Shown here: positions 1 to 14,035 of the stretch, piece after piece
How the letters are laid out: each line of letters opens with the position of its first letter
How positions within the stretch are numbered: position 1 is the stretch's first letter
Source: Malacoraja senta
Lineage: Eukaryota
Reading direction: 5' to 3'
DNA: 49,799 nucleotides
Assembly: GCA_038087875.1 (NCBI GenBank)
Contig: JAXLNO010000472.1
Coordinates: 1-49,799, forward strand
The notes under the pieces: generated by a model
Database searches by the model: none
Told to the model about the DNA's origin: nothing
Seen by the model: the letters and a program-made list of their open reading frames with translations, nothing else
Position numbers and translations under genes: made by a program

Positions 1-420
1 CTGACCTGAAGTCCTACCCGTCGGCCACGTTTCTGGACACAATGGAGGCCTCCCCTTTGTTTCCAGGTGCTGTACTTACTGTACCTGCTGTTTCTGCGAA
101 CCTGCACTGGAACGGGAATTCCCTTGCAGATGGCAGCTCCAGCTCCGTTGCAATCGGGGATTCCCTCACAGACGGCAGCTCCAGCTCCGTTGCTCCTGGG
201 AGATCCTGCCCGTCGGCTCCGGAGATCTTCCCGGTGTTTCCAGGTACAGTACCTGTGATCCCCAGTCGGGTCGGGTGCTCTCCAGCGATCGAGGGAACGC
301 TTGCAGTCGGGGGCTCCTGCAGCTGCGGGAGATCGCGATATCACTAGTGCCTTCAAGTGCACTAGCTGCTTGTCCGTTACGGCGCCGATTTCTGCCGTTT
401 CTCTGATCAAGGTGAGTTGA
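1..420. other. GC-rich unclassified segment with a 39-bp tandem duplication, probably transposon-derived
   Basis: gggaattcccttgcagatggcagctccagctccgttgc repeated at ~115 and ~157; CpG-rich against AT-rich flanks; no recognisable protein. Confidence 0.3.
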
Positions 421-1271
421 TTGAAGCTATAAATAATCTTCTCATGTTGAGTTGCCGGCAAAATGTTGCCACAGGCAGGTGCCATCTTCTAGAAGTATCC
501 CTTTTGACAGCTAAACTTTCTTGTCCAGAAATTCTGTCCCTAAATCCCAACTTTCTGCTCTTTGCCTGATGATCACCAATAAAAAGACAACTGTTTTAAT
601 AGTTTTTTTGGTCACTTCTCTACTAACTCTGGTATTACTTTCTAAATCTTACTGTCCAATATTTATCCTTGTGGATCCCTCTAGGACTTTTAAGATGTTA
701 CACAAGTACAAATAGTTGCTTTATGAACCAATTTAAAAAAAAATGATTGAGCTTTTGCCCTCAATCATTGGTCTTAAAATGGATATGCGCCTTAAGCAGA
801 ACATGCCTTAGCATGACTTTTAGAATGTTGTATGAATAAAAGGGATTGCTTTATGATCCAAGATTTTTTTTTAACAGATTGAGTTTTTGCCCTTACCTTA
901 AAATGGCTAAGAGCCTTCAACAACTGTTATGAATCGATATTTTTATGCTTTTTGCAAGTGAATACAACGTGAGAGCAAATTTTCAAGCACTCTGAATGCA
1001 TCTAGCAACTAACAAACTACTTATCCAAGTTAGATTTGGCTAAGTGTTTCAGCTAGACCTGCTGACTTAAACCATGCTGTTTAGATCAAATAGTGTATGT
1101 TGGCTTGATGCTAAGCCGCAGTATATGAGCCGTGTGTAACTCCCAGATGCCTGTTATACACAAACATTGGCAGTAAGCAATGTAGACATACGTTAAGAGC
1201 AAAACGGAAAAGTTCTACCACATATTATAAAACAAGTTATTCCATGACACCTTTAATCTTAATCTGTTCTA

Positions 1272-1502
<231 letters not shown>

Positions 1503-2124
1503 TTAGATTAGTTAAACCCGAGTTTATAATTTGCCTGCAGTAAATCGATTTTCAGATTTTGATCACTGGGCCAATAAGCTAATGTACTAAAATATCTAGA
1601 CTTGTAGTCACAACAAAGGGTGATTAAATTAGAAAAATATGAAATTGAGAAGAGGTATGAAATCCTAACTAAACGACCAATATTCCACCAGGAAACTTGA
1701 TAGCATATACATTTGGTCAGTGATAACATTTAATACTACAAACTGGCATGGTTTGATTGTAATCACATATGGATGATTCACCTGCATGGCACACACAAAT
1801 GTTTCTCTACTGTATCTCGTTACAGGAGACAATAAACAAACCAATATCAAATGCTGCATAGATGGGCTGAAAGTTAATCATGGATAAATGAAAAGACCAG
1901 CATTATTAATTGTCTCATCATTTACTTTGTTCAAATATACAAGGCAGCAATATGTTGGTCAAAACCATTGTAGTTTTTCCAATTCAATTCAGGCACAACT
2001 TATATTAATGTAATACAAGTTTGGTCGACACACATACAGTGTCGTGGCCTATGGAAAAGAGAGAGAACAAAATTGACTTTCATTATTATAAAGGGACAAG
2101 CAAAGCTGAATGTTTCTGTGATAA

Positions 2125-3663
2125 TTAGAATCCCCAATTTTTTATACTATTATTGGGCAACGAATATTAAAAACGTAATCTATTGGATGGACAAAACATG
2201 CCAACAGGTAAAATGTTTAATAATGGAGAGAGAGGATTGCTCGCCTTTTAATATAGGTGCGATTCTTCTCTCTCCAATAAATTTGAAGAAAACACTATAT
2301 GAGAAAAATCTGATTATCCACAGTACCCTACGAATCTGGAAACAAGTGGTCAACCCTTAAACTGAGAAATGTTTCTCTTCTCTCACCAATTGCCAACAAC
2401 CCTTCGTTCAAGCCGTTTATTTTAGACAAAACGTTCACGCATTGGGAAAGATTAGGAATTTAAAAACTCGGAGATCTTTATGAGATGGGAATTCTTCTCT
2501 CATTTCAAGAACTACAGTTGAAATATCATATGAAAGGTAGTCAATAGTTTAGATACCTTCAAATACGAGACTATCTGAAATCATATATCCAAGACTATCA
2601 ATCTATGTTGCCAGACACACCAGACGAATGTATGAATAGAAACTCGGATTCAAACAAGTTAATATCATATCTGTATAACACCCTTTTAAATATAGAAACC
2701 CCATTGTCAGAAGTAATTAGAAGAGCTTGGGAAGATGAGCTTGGCCTAACATTTTTTTTAAACAGATGGGAGGAAAACCTTCTATATATATACACAACTG
2801 TTCGCTTAACGTTAGGCATTCGCTAATTCAATTTAAAATATTGCACAGACTCTATTATTCAAAGTCTAAACTGAATAAGATCTTTCCAAATGTATCTCCT
2901 ATTTGCGACAAATGTCTTCTTCAGGAAGCAACTATAACCCATTCCTTTGCCTCTTGTATAAAGTTACATAATTTCTGGAGAGGAATTTTTGAATTTTTTT
3001 TCAAAAACATTAAAAATAAAATTGGATCCCGACATGGAACTGATCACTCTAGGTACTTCAGAAGCCTGCTCTGAGCTATCATTATTTCAAAGACGTTTCC
3101 TTAATTATGGCCTGATAACGGCGAAAAAACTAATACTTAAATTTTGGAAACATACATCAGTCCCTACTCTTAAGATGTGGATTATAAACATGTCCGAGAC
3201 GCTACATCTTGAAAATATTAGACTTGTCTTGGCAGAAAAAACAGATCATTTTTCCAAGACATGGACACCATTCATTGATTTATTACAAGGATAGCATGGC
3301 ACAACACAACTTTGGATTTAAATCTAATTGGTTGGGTGAGGTGGGTGGGGAGGGATGTGAGGCAGGTATATCACCACTTTCTCTCTTTTTCATTTTGTCC
3401 TTTTATTCTTTTTCTATTCCTCTCTTCTTTCTTTCTTTTATTCACTCTTTGGCTACACTACTTTGGTAGTCTAGGGGTTCTATCTTTGCACATCTCACTT
3501 TTTCTCTTTCTTGCTTTTTCTCCTTTCTTTTCTTCTAATTTAAGCTAAAAAGTTAAAATTGAAGCTGTACAATAACTGTATAATTTTATATGCCGTTGGT
3601 TCTATTTTTGTACATTTGCTTCTAATATATTTTTTTAAATAAATAAAAAAATAAAAAAATAAT
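2125..3663 (+). mobile_element. 5'-truncated L1-clade LINE (fish-type): ORF2 C-terminus, 3' UTR and A-rich tail; decayed
   Basis: IPNFLYYYWATNIK; LIQFKILHRLYYSKSKLNKIFPNVSPICDKC...HSFASC (CCHC knuckle); AKKLILKFWK; pyrimidine-rich UTR; A-rich tail at ~3637-3663; frameshifts and stops. Confidence 0.85.
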
Positions 3664-4777
3664 CATTTGAAAGATACTTTCAACTCGATGTGTATTGACA
3701 GATATACTAAGTCAGTGGGATGAGTGTGCACAGGCTGGTTATCTGCAAGTTTAGTGCCACTCATGAAGTACTTTGTTGCAGCAAAGATAATCATCGCTTG
3801 AGCCAGCCATCAGCAAGGATGACGGAGATCACAACATTGGACTCTTTCAAAGGTACATTTTATAATAGAAAGTTAGTAAAATTTGTTTTGTTAAGAGACA
3901 GATTAGATTGACCTTCATCCTAACTGCTAATAAATAATCAGATTCAGGTCCTTTTATATATTTATATGTAGTGCTGGCAACTTTCATCCAAATATTGAGT
4001 CAAGAAATAGTTCAATGTCCTACTACGAAACGCTTTTCCGTAACAATTCCAAGATCTATTTTTTTTCTGTTAGGTTCTCTATAATACAATTTTTATTAAC
4101 AATGTTGGTAAAATTTTAAATTTGTGTAATGAGCAGGATCAGAAGCTTATATTAAGTATTTATCATGCAACGTTAATGTTATTATTTGATCACAACTATA
4201 CATACATTCAGAGAGTAACACAATAATCTACAGAATGGATTTCATGTACCGGTAGTTCCCTGGCTTACAAGTGCCAGACCTATGGGCACCCTATGTACAA
4301 ATGAGTTCCCACAACATTATTACATTCAAAAGTCCAACACTTAAGCATTCCGAATAGCAGCAGACTTCGTTTCTCCACTTTTAGCAATTGTTCTTTTTTA
4401 TCAAAAGAATGTGATTTAGATACCAATGCACTCAAACTGTGGAGGTACGGTCACAATACTGTGATTTTTGTGCACTTTCCAACTTGGGGCAAAATTAATT
4501 TATGGACACCTGTAAAAAGGAAACCCATTTGTTGCCCGGGAATGGCTATTCACACTATTGATCTTCTTAAAAACAAACATGCCGATATACCTTAAATTTA
4601 CCCACATACTGATGTTTTTTGGCATCTACCATCAGCATATTCTATTTCATGTTTCTGCTGTGTAATATTTTCTCAACTCACATAATACATTCCAATACCA
4701 TAACTGATTGCACTGAGCAATCTTTCAGACAATATTAAGCAGGAAAAATATTTAGCAGGATATTAAGATACAAATGG

Positions 4778-5283
4778 GGTGATTCTAAGCCATTTAGAAC
4801 GGAGATGAGGAAATACTTTTTCACACAGAGAGTTGTGAGTCTGTGGAATTCTCTGCCTCAGAGGGCGGTGGAGGCCGGTTCTCTGGATGCTTTCAAGAGA
4901 GAGTTAAGGGTCTGTCCCACGTACGAGGTAATTCAAGAGCTCTCCCGAGTTTTAAAAAAAATCAAACTCGTGTTAAGTACGTAGAATGTACGTAGTGGGT
5001 ACGTCGGAGCTCGGGACGTCTCTTAGCGGCTCGTAACGCTAATGGCAGGTACTCGGGAAACGCGGTAAGTTCAAATCAGGGAAAACTCGGGAAAACTCTT
5101 GAATTACCTCGTACAGTGGGACAGGCCCTTTAGACAGAGCTCTGAAAGATACCGGAGTCAAGGGATATGGGGAGAAGGCACGAATGGGGTATTTATTGTG
5201 GATGATCAGCCATGATCACATTGAAAGGCGGTGCTAGCTCGAACTGCCGAACGGCCTAGTCCTGCACCTATTATCTATTGTCT
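4778..5283 (+). mobile_element. CR1 LINE 3' fragment interrupted by a MITE
   Basis: Sequence matches the copy at 7208-7470 (FFTQRVV.LWNSLPQRAVEA, ctattgt tail) once 4907-5132 is removed. Confidence 0.9.
4907..5129. mobile_element. PIF/Harbinger-like MITE
   Basis: Long TIRs agggtctgtcccacgtacgaggtaattcaagag / ctcttgaattacctcgtacagtgggacaggccct; 3-bp TSD TTA at 4904-4906 and 5130-5132; empty site restores the CR1. Confidence 0.85.
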
Positions 5284-5326
5284 GAAATCTTACTGGCCTC
5301 TTCTGCTCCACATATTAAACAAATTA

Positions 5327-5416
<90 letters not shown>

Positions 5417-5616
5417 CTAAACAGAAATAAAAAATATATAGAATTAAATTCCCTCATGATGCTGTTCACTTAGTTCCCAGGCACCTATCAATTTATCTTA
5501 TGTTCGGTGAATCTTCATGAGAACATTGGTCCCAGTTCCTCTGAAGTTCAGGCTATCTACTTTCAGCAGGTCTCTGTTGCCAAAGAATTTTTGTTATGCT
5601 TAAAAATAAAAATATT

Positions 5617-6450
5617 GTCCTCTCTCTCGGCCCCTCGGACTCAATCAAAATGATAGCAGGCAGCCTTGGAAGCCTTACCCCACTACTCAAACCTCACGTC
5701 AAAAACCTTGGCGTGATATTTGACTCAGCACTGAAATTTGACAAACAAGTCAATGCCGTGGTAAAAGCTAGCTTCTTTCAGCTTCGGACGATAGCTAAAA
5801 TAAAACAATTCCTCCACTTTGATGACCTCGAAAAGATCATCCACACATTTATCTCCTCCCGCTTAGATTACTGCAACTCCCTTACACTGGCATCAGCCAA
5901 TCTTCCCTGTCCCGCCTGCAACTGGTCCAAAACTCCGCAGTGAGACTCCTGATGGGCACCCGAAAAAGGGACCACATCATCCCGATCCTGGCCTCTCTCC
6001 ACTGGCTCCCTGTGCGGTTCCGTATACATTTCAAGATCCTCCTCTATGTCTATAAAGCCCTCAATGTGCTTGCCCCCACCTACATTAAAAGTCTTCTCAC
6101 CCACCACTCCACCTCCAGGTCCCTCAGATCAGCTGATTTGTGGTTGCTGAATATCCCGCGGTCTAGGCATAAGCTCAGGGGCGACCGCGCCTTTGCGGTT
6201 GCAGCTCCTAGACTGTGGAACAGCATCCCCCTTCCCATCAGAACTGCCCCCTCCATCGACTCCTTTAAGTCAAGACTAAAAACGTATCTATACTCCCTAG
6301 CCTTTCTTGACGTCCTCTGAGCGAGGGCTATATGTATATATGTATGTAGTTTGTTTGTTTATACTATTCTTATAACAAATGTAAAGCACTTTGGCCAACG
6401 AGAGTTGTTTTTTAAATGTGCTATATAAATAAATGTGACTTGACTTGACT
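5617..6450 (+). mobile_element. L2-clade LINE 3' portion
   Basis: VKNLGVIFDSALKFDKQV...ISSRLDYCNSL; HIIPILASLHWLPVRFRIHFKIL; GDRAFAVAAPRLWNSIP; (tgact)n tail. Confidence 0.9.
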
Positions 6451-6796
6451 CTCTTGCTGTGTATTAATCAACCTGGGGCTACATTTACTGGCACTGGGAG
6501 CGACCGGAGACAGCTGTCCTACTTTAAAGAATTTTAACCCTAGCCTCCGAAAACCTTGACAACAGATCAAACCCTCATTTTGGTTTCAACTCGCCTGGAC
6601 TTCCACTTTTTTGTGCCAACACCAACATTCACACTGACCAGTGCCGAGTATCCGTTTCTTTCAACACTGTGAGAAATTGTGATACATCGCTGTAGTCCTT
6701 CTCTTTCATGGAGGGACTGCTAATATTGAATATCAACTGCAGACAGAAATGTGTCTTGCTTATTTTGTAACCTAATCTTCACATTGTTCATCAGTC

Positions 6797-7475
6797 TATG
6801 AAAGTAAGCATGCAGGTACAGCAGGCAGTGAAGAAAGCGAATGGCATGTTGGCCTTAACAAGAGGAGTCGAGTATAGGAGCAAAGAGGTCCTTCTGCAGT
6901 TGTACAGGGCCCTAATGAGACCACACCTGGAGTATTGTGCGCAATTTTGGTCCCCTTATTTGAGGAAGGACATTCTTGTTAGTGAGGGAGTGCATCGTAG
7001 GTTTACAAGGTTAATTCCCGGGATGGCGGGACTGTCATATGCTGAGAGAATGGAGCGGCTGGGCTTGCACACTCTGGAGTTTAGAAGGATGAGAGGGTAT
7101 CTCATTGAAACATATAAGATTGTTAAGGGTTTGGACATGCTAGAAACATGTTCCCGATGTTGGGGGAGTCCAGAACCAGGGGCCACAGTTTAAGAATAAG
7201 GGATAAGCCATTTAGAACGGAGACGAGGAAACACTTTTTCACACAGAGAGTTGTGAGTATGTGGAATTCTCTGCCTCAGAGGGCGGTGGAGGCCGGTCCT
7301 CTGGATGCTTTCAAGAGAGAGCTAGATAGGGCTTTTAAAGGTAGCAGAGTCAGGGGATATGGGGAAAAGGCAAGGACGGGGTACTGATTGGGGATGATCA
7401 GCCATGATCACATTGAATGGCGGTGCTGGCTCGAAGGGCCAAATGGCCTACTCCTGCACCTATTGTCTATTGTTT
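6797..7475 (+). mobile_element. CR1 LINE 3' portion
   Basis: VKKANGML...LYRALMRPHLEYCAQFWSPYLRKD; TRGHSLRI; 3' UTR with ctattgt repeats. Confidence 0.92.
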
Positions 7476-7559
7476 ATTTCTCTAAAATGTCTGCATTCAC
7501 GAGTCTGAACATTGTTCATGCCATAAGCAATCAAGTGGCAGTCACATCTACTAAACTTA

Positions 7560-8790
7560 CATAGAAACATAGAAAATAGGTGCAGGAGGAGGCCATTCGG
7601 CCCTTCGAGCCAGCACCGCCATTCATTGTGATCATGGCTGATCGTACCCTATCAATAACCCGTGCCTGCCTTCTCCCCATATCCCTTGACTCCACAAGCC
7701 CCTAGAGTTCTATCTAACTCTCTCTTAAATCCATCCAGTGACTTGGCGGCCACTGCCCTCTGAGGCAGGGAATTACATAAATTCACAACTCTCTGCGTGA
7801 AAACATTTTTTCTCACCTCAGTCTTAAATGACCTCCCCTTTATTCTAAGACTGTGGCCTCTGGTTCTGGACTCGCCTAACATTGGGAACATTTTTTCTGC
7901 ATATAGCTTGTCCAGTCCTTTTATAATTTTATATGTTTCTATAAGATTCCCCCTCATCCTTCTAAACTCCAGTGAATACAAGCCTAGTCTTTTCAATCTT
8001 TCCTCATATGACAGTCCCGCCATCCCAGGGATCAATCTCGTGAACCTACGCTGCACTGCCTCAATCACAAGGATGTCCTTCCTCAAATTAGGAGACCAAA
8101 ACTGTACACAATACTCCAGATGTGGTCTCACCAGAGCCCTATACAACTGCAGAAGAACCTCTTTACTCATATACTGAAATCCTCTTGTTATGAAGGCCAA
8201 CATTCCATTTGCTTTCTTCACTGCCTGCTGTACACGTAAGTGACCGGTGTACAAGGACGCCCAGTTCTCGCTGCACCTCCCCCATTGAGATAATAATCTG
8301 CCCCCTTGTTTTTGGATAACCTCACATTTATCTATATTATACTGCATCTGCCACGCATCTGCCCACTCACTCAACCTGTCCAGGTCACCCTGCAACCTCC
8401 TAACATCCTCTTCACAGTTCACACTGCCACCCAGCTTTGTGTCATCCGCAAACTTGCTAGTGTTGCTCCTAATTCCCTCTTCCAAATCATTAATATATAT
8501 GGTAAACAATTGCGGCCCCAACACCGAGCCTTGTGGCACTCCACTCGCCACTGCCTGCCATTCTGAAAAGGACCCGTTCACTCATTTCTTCTGCGCCAAC
8601 CAATTTTCTATCCATGTCAACACCCTACCCCCAATACCATGTGCTCTAATTTTAGTCACCAGTCTCCCGTGCGAGACCTTTCAAAGGCTTTCTGAAAGTC
8701 TAGATACACTACATCCACTAGCACCCCTTCATCCATTTTACTTGTCACATCCTCAAAAAATTCCAGAAGATTAGTCAAGCATGATTTCCT
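7560..8790 (-). mobile_element. CR1 LINE RT and 3' end
   Basis: SGVPQGSVLGPQLFTIYINDL, KFADDTKLGG, RPHLEYCVQFWSP; (tttctatg)n tail; internal deletions. Confidence 0.93.
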
Positions 8791-9259
8791 TGGCATGAAA
8801 CTTGATGCAGATACTCAAGAGATAGCTGCTTAAGCATCCTGATGTATACTGGCCAGGGAATCTCAAAAGGCACATGATCTCAAGGTGGGCTGTCACTGCC
8901 TCATTTATTGCATCTGTGCCAAAGGATTAGCATCTTTTAAGTAAATCACCATCCGGAGGCCAGAGTTGCCATCTGCTGACATGTTTTTATTTATCTGTGC
9001 CTAGCTGGCAAGACTGTGGAGCATGCTACCATGATTGAATGGTGGAGTGGACTTGATGGGCCGAATCGCCCAATTCTGCTCCTATATCTTATGAAATGAG
9101 AGGTCAGAAAAAGTGCAGCCATTTCAAGGAGGATATGTAAACCTCTTATGTAGCCCAAGAATCTTCCTCAAATTTGTTAAATGGCATTTAAATGACAAAT
9201 TACAATTACAATTATTTCCTTGCTCTTGTCAAGCAATCGTAATCACTTTGCACTTACAT

Positions 9260-10350
9260 GTATGAGGCCAAATTCTGCTCTGACTACATTTACAAGTTTG
9301 CAGATGACACCACTGTATTGGCCAGATCTCGAACAATGATGAGACGGAGCGCAGCAAGGAGAAAGGGGGCTGAGTAGGCTTATGTAAAGATAACAACCTC
9401 TCCCGCAATGCCTCCAAAACAACACAGCTGGTCATCGACTTCAGAATGCTGGGTGGAGTACATGCCCTAGTCTGTGTCAATGGTGCTGAAGTGAAGATGG
9501 TTAACAACTTCAAGTACTTAGGTTTAAATATCACCAAGAATAGACCTGATTCAACCACATCAATGGCACGGCCAAGAAAGCATGCCAACACCTCTATTTC
9601 CTCATAATACTAAGGAAATTCAGCAAGTCTCCAATGACTGGCCAATTTCTATAGATGCACCATAGACTGCATCCCATCTGCATGACAGTTTGGTTTGGCA
9701 ACTGCTCTTCCCAAGACTGCAAGTTGCAAAGAGCTATGGATGCCGCCCAGTCCATGATGCAAATCAGCCTCACCACCCCCCCCCCCCACGCCCCTCACCC
9801 CCGAGTGTGAAAATGAGACATTCTCAGACAAAATAAAGACTTACACTTGTACTTTCCCCACTCCCCAAATATTACCTCTCCTTTCTTTCTATTGGTTTCC
9901 TATCACTATTCTATTGGTTTAACTCTGTGCCACTGCCCCAACATGAGAGTTACTTCCATTTCTTAGGTCTGGTTTCAGCTGGTCTGAATCAACCCTGTGG
10001 TATTCTTACACCCCAGGTTACTCTCAGTCTCATCTTAGAAACAAACCATTCCTAATTCTCCCTCAATGCACACCAGGTTCAAGAAGAGCTTCTTCCCTGC
10101 TGTTATCAGATACTTTAAAGGATCTCTCATCGGCCAAGGGTGTATTTCCAATCTACCTTGTGGCAGCCCTTGCACTTTTGTCCCCACCTGCACTTTCTCT
10201 CTAGTTGTAACACTATATTCCGTACTCTGTTTATTTTCTCATTTGCACTACCTGTTGTCCTCGTGCATGGTGTGCTAGCACAGGTGTGTGGGATAATCTG
10301 CCTGGATAGAGATACGTTTTTCACTCTATATCAGCATAAATGATAATAAT
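9260..10350 (+). mobile_element. Rex1/Babar-like LINE RT C-terminal remnant (pieces ~9260-9775 and ~10067-10350)
   Basis: Plus-strand YKFADDTTV...SNNDET, LVIDFR, FKYLG, FYRCTI; RFKKSFFPAVIR; 3' end ttcact...ataataa. Confidence 0.7.
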
Positions 10351-10618
10351 GAACAATTACCAATAACCATATTCTGTATGTAACATTAAACGACAAAATT
10401 CTCCATTATAAGTCTGGATAATGACAACTACTCATTTTAATTAGTGTTCTCTGAAATTTAAGCAGCACACACAAAAAGAGAATTAATGTAGTATTCATAC
10501 CATAGAAAGATGTACAGAAGGAATATAGAAAAAAAATCAGGGATTATTACGAGCTGTGACTTTAACAAAGTACAGGGAACATCAAAAACCATGTCTAAAG
10601 CTAGAGATCTATTCCATA

Positions 10619-11952
10619 CTAGACTAAGTGGGACCCGTTGGGTCCCAGCATCACACAGGAGGGCTGGTCCCCCAACGCAGTATTCCACCTCTCCACCAAT
10701 TCCAATATTGGTGGCCAGTGGGGGGGGGGGGCTTTCTAGAGCGCTAGTATGGGTGTTGTGGGCTGAAAGGACTGGTTTCCAGAGGGCTAGTAAGGACAAT
10801 GAGGGCCGAATGGATTCTAGGGCTGGCGGCTCTGTCACTCAAGCCCGTTGTGCTGGCAGCTCACTCAATCACGGCTGGTGGGCTGGCAGTTGATCACGGC
10901 TATTCCTCGAAATTCCATTTCAAGCAGGGTGCAAGGCCACCAAATTCAAGTGCAGTTTCATACCATTTCAAGCAGGGTGCAAGGCCACTAAATTCAGCGA
11001 GTCGTGACCTCTCCCTCCTCCATCTTGCAGAGACTGAGCCATGCCCACACTTCTGAATTTTATAGTCCATCCCCCCTCCCACCAGAAGGGGTGTGGCCTT
11101 CATGGCGTGATTGACAGGAGAGAGAATCTCAACATTTTTTAAAGACTAATAACTTTTATTTTTCATCGATAGGAACAATCCTCGGCACCTGATGAGCGGA
11201 GGGGGTCTCTGAGTAAGATGGCCAAAAATCACAGCCGTACGTGGTAGGGTTTTTTCTAAAATCAATATAAAGCACAAACAGGAAGTGGTCAAGATTAGAC
11301 TTTTAATTATATCGAAGGCAAGGCAACTTTAATTAGGCAAGGCAACTTTAATTAGGCATTTAGCATTTCCAAACCAAAGGCAAAACAGCTTTAGCATTTC
11401 CAAACCAAAGGCAACACAGCTTTAGCATTTCCAAACCAAAGGCAACACAGCTTTAGCATTTACAAACCAAAGGCAATACAGCTTTAGCATTTCCAAACCA
11501 AAGGCAACACAGCTTTAGCATTTCCAAACCAAAGGCAACACAGCTTTAGCATTTCCAAACTATATTTTCAAACCACATTAAGAGCACTGACAGGTCAGTA
11601 AAACCACTCACAGTTTAGTAAACATGTGTTCAGTGTTATTCACAGCTCAGACTGAGAGACGTGACCTTCTCGCTCCCCCATCTTGCAGAGACTGACTGAG
11701 GCACTCAACACTTCTGGGTATTATAGTCCCTCCAGAAGGGGCGTGGCCTTCAGGAGAGAGAATCTCAACATTTTTTAAACACTAATAACTCTTTTATTTT
11801 TCATCGATGGGAAAATCCTCTTGTCCTGCGCAGCGGAGGGGGGACTCTGAGTAAGATGGCCAAAAATCACAGCCGTAAGTGGCAGCGTTTTTTCTAAAAT
11901 CAATATACAGAACAACAGGAAGTGGTCAAGATCAGACTTTTAGTAATACAGG
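10619..11952 (-). mobile_element. Non-autonomous Helitron with duplicated 5' module and internal minisatellite
   Basis: On the minus strand the 3' end is hairpin GGGACCC-aac-GGGTCCC (10630-10646), 7 nt, then CTAG|T; 5' ends (T/C)C.(A/G)TA.....AAAAGTC at 11952 and 11315; A|T insertion site; no TSD. Confidence 0.7.
11359..11560. repeat. 31-bp minisatellite, ~6.5 copies (tttagcatttccaaaccaaaggcaacacagc)
   Basis: Direct reading; head-to-tail units without spacers; preceded by a ~19-bp duplication aaggcaactttaattaggc. Confidence 0.95.
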
Positions 11953-13614
11953 TAACACTATTTGAGACTTCCATAAGACGGAAGTCATTTAAATTGTCTA
12001 TATGTGCCAATGGTAGCACATAATTAGACAAATTTACAATAGAAATTAATCTGGAAGAAAGTTTATTGGTGAGACTAGTCAAATGTTACAAAAAACATAA
12101 AAATTATCATTACCCACAAATGTTGTTGATATTTGGTTATTATGAAAGTTATGTACTTTTGGGTACCTTTGCACTTAATTAACAAAGCCCTATATCTATT
12201 TTGGAAGGAATTAGAGATTTGGCACTCAAATAAAGCAAAAGGGACACAAAAACTATCAATTAGCTGGAGTTGAGAGAAACAAATCAGGCATCTATCCATC
12301 AGTGGCACCAGTTTTCTTGTTTCTTTTTTTTTTAAGAACTGATTAGATCTTCATCTGAATAAGATATTTTCCCAGATTGCAAAATTGATGAAGAATTGAT
12401 TTCTACAGGAACAGGTCATCTGAATTTAAGAATACCACACCCGTTTCATCCATATCCATTTTAGATTACTATTGGAATTCAAAATGCCAACTCCTCTTTT
12501 TAATCATTTTGTAAGCTTGCACAGAACTTCTCAGTAAATAATAAAGCAAGTGCAAAGTACACCTATTACTCATTTCCAACACTGTTACATAACTATGACA
12601 CAGGTGATTTTTTTAATACAGGTTTCTATTACATCTTTGGCCAATCCTGTTAGTTCCTGGTCTACACTAGGTTCTTGAGATCATGGACAATAACTCTTAC
12701 AGTACTTAAGACTGATGAAATCTCAGAGGTGTTAGTAAGCTGGGAGAGTCAAGGCCTGAACCTGGTCTCCAGCTGGGATAATGGCAGTCCATCTCAGGGC
12801 TCCAGTCGTGATACTGGAGGCTACCCCTCGGCTTTGCTACACCGTAAAGTGCAAACTCGGAAGATCACGTGAAATTTCAGAATTTTAACAAATGGATGCT
12901 TGGTATTCCACCAAAAGCAAGAGGTTTTTCACCCTTGATAATAGGACTTAATGAGGTCAGCCTCAGGATGTTTGATGTAAATTGCTAATCGTGCATAAAC
13001 CCAAGTTTTTATTTCCAAAGACAAAATTATTCCACCAGTATCTTGGGATTGGAATATTAACTATCACATCCAATATCTCAGTGTGGCGCCATATATACCT
13101 CAATGAGATATTGAGGTATATATGTTTAGACCCAGGCAGAGTTTCAAACTCTAAGAAATTAGGGAAAAAATAGTTAATTAAATTACAAAAGTCCTACAAT
13201 AAGATCCTGCCCATCAGAGAACTTTGTACTGCAGTCATGCGGCACTAGCTCTGAAACCGAGTCATCTTGACCAGTTAAACAGCATACATTACACCAACTC
13301 TGCTGGTAACTTTAGCACTTGTAACTATATGCATCATATATATTTTTATTACTTGCAACCTATCTTTTTCAGACACACGTTTTTTTCAAATTACTTTCAT
13401 TTCAGTAAGTGTTGCCATGGTATTCTTTGTTACGTGTTATCAGTAAATTAAATTAATAAGCCACTACAAAAATATATTTTAAATGGGCAAATTTACATCA
13501 CTGTCTCATGAAGTAGTTCGAGCACTTTGTTATCTGATGTCAACAGATTGACTTTATTATAAAGTTTCCTGAATAAAAGTCACTAAACGCAAAACCGGTG
13601 GTGGGGAATTGATC

Positions 13615-14035
13615 GAACATTGGACAGTACAACACAAGAACAGACCCTTGTGTAAAATGTCTGTGCCAAGCATAATGCCAAGGCCAACTCTTACCTGCCA
13701 GTACATAATCCATATCCCTTAATTCCCTGCCCATCCATATGCCTATCCAAAAGCCTTGTAAATGCCACAATCGTATCTGCCTCCACTGTATAGAACATTT
13801 GTCCCACACATTTCCTTTAAACTTTGACCCTTTCACCTTAAATTTATGCCGTTTAATATTTGATTTTTCCATCCTGGGAAAAATGTTCTGAATGTCTACC
13901 CAATCTATGCCTCATAATTTTATATACTTGTATAGAATCTCTCTTTAACCTCCGGCATTCCAGAGAGGTTCTGTCTGTCTTCAAGTCTGTCCTTTCCCTA
14001 TGGCTGACCCCCTAATCCAGGTATTATTCTCGTAA
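13615..14035 (-). mobile_element. Old CR1 3' fragment
   Basis: HKFKVKGSKFKGNV motif and CR1-type 3' UTR. Confidence 0.7.

Noticed and set aside
42..347. 101-aa ORF with an internal repeat
   Set aside because: Explained by a 39-bp tandem duplication in GC-rich sequence; no homology recognised and it is antisense within an ANKH intron.
7652..8581. 309-aa ORF as a functional or domesticated reverse transcriptase
   Set aside because: 5'-truncated CR1 with internal deletions and a frame-scrambled middle segment.
11359..11560. CRISPR-like array of 31-bp repeats
   Set aside because: Units are head-to-tail with no unique spacers, there are no cas genes, and the context is a vertebrate intron; it is a minisatellite.
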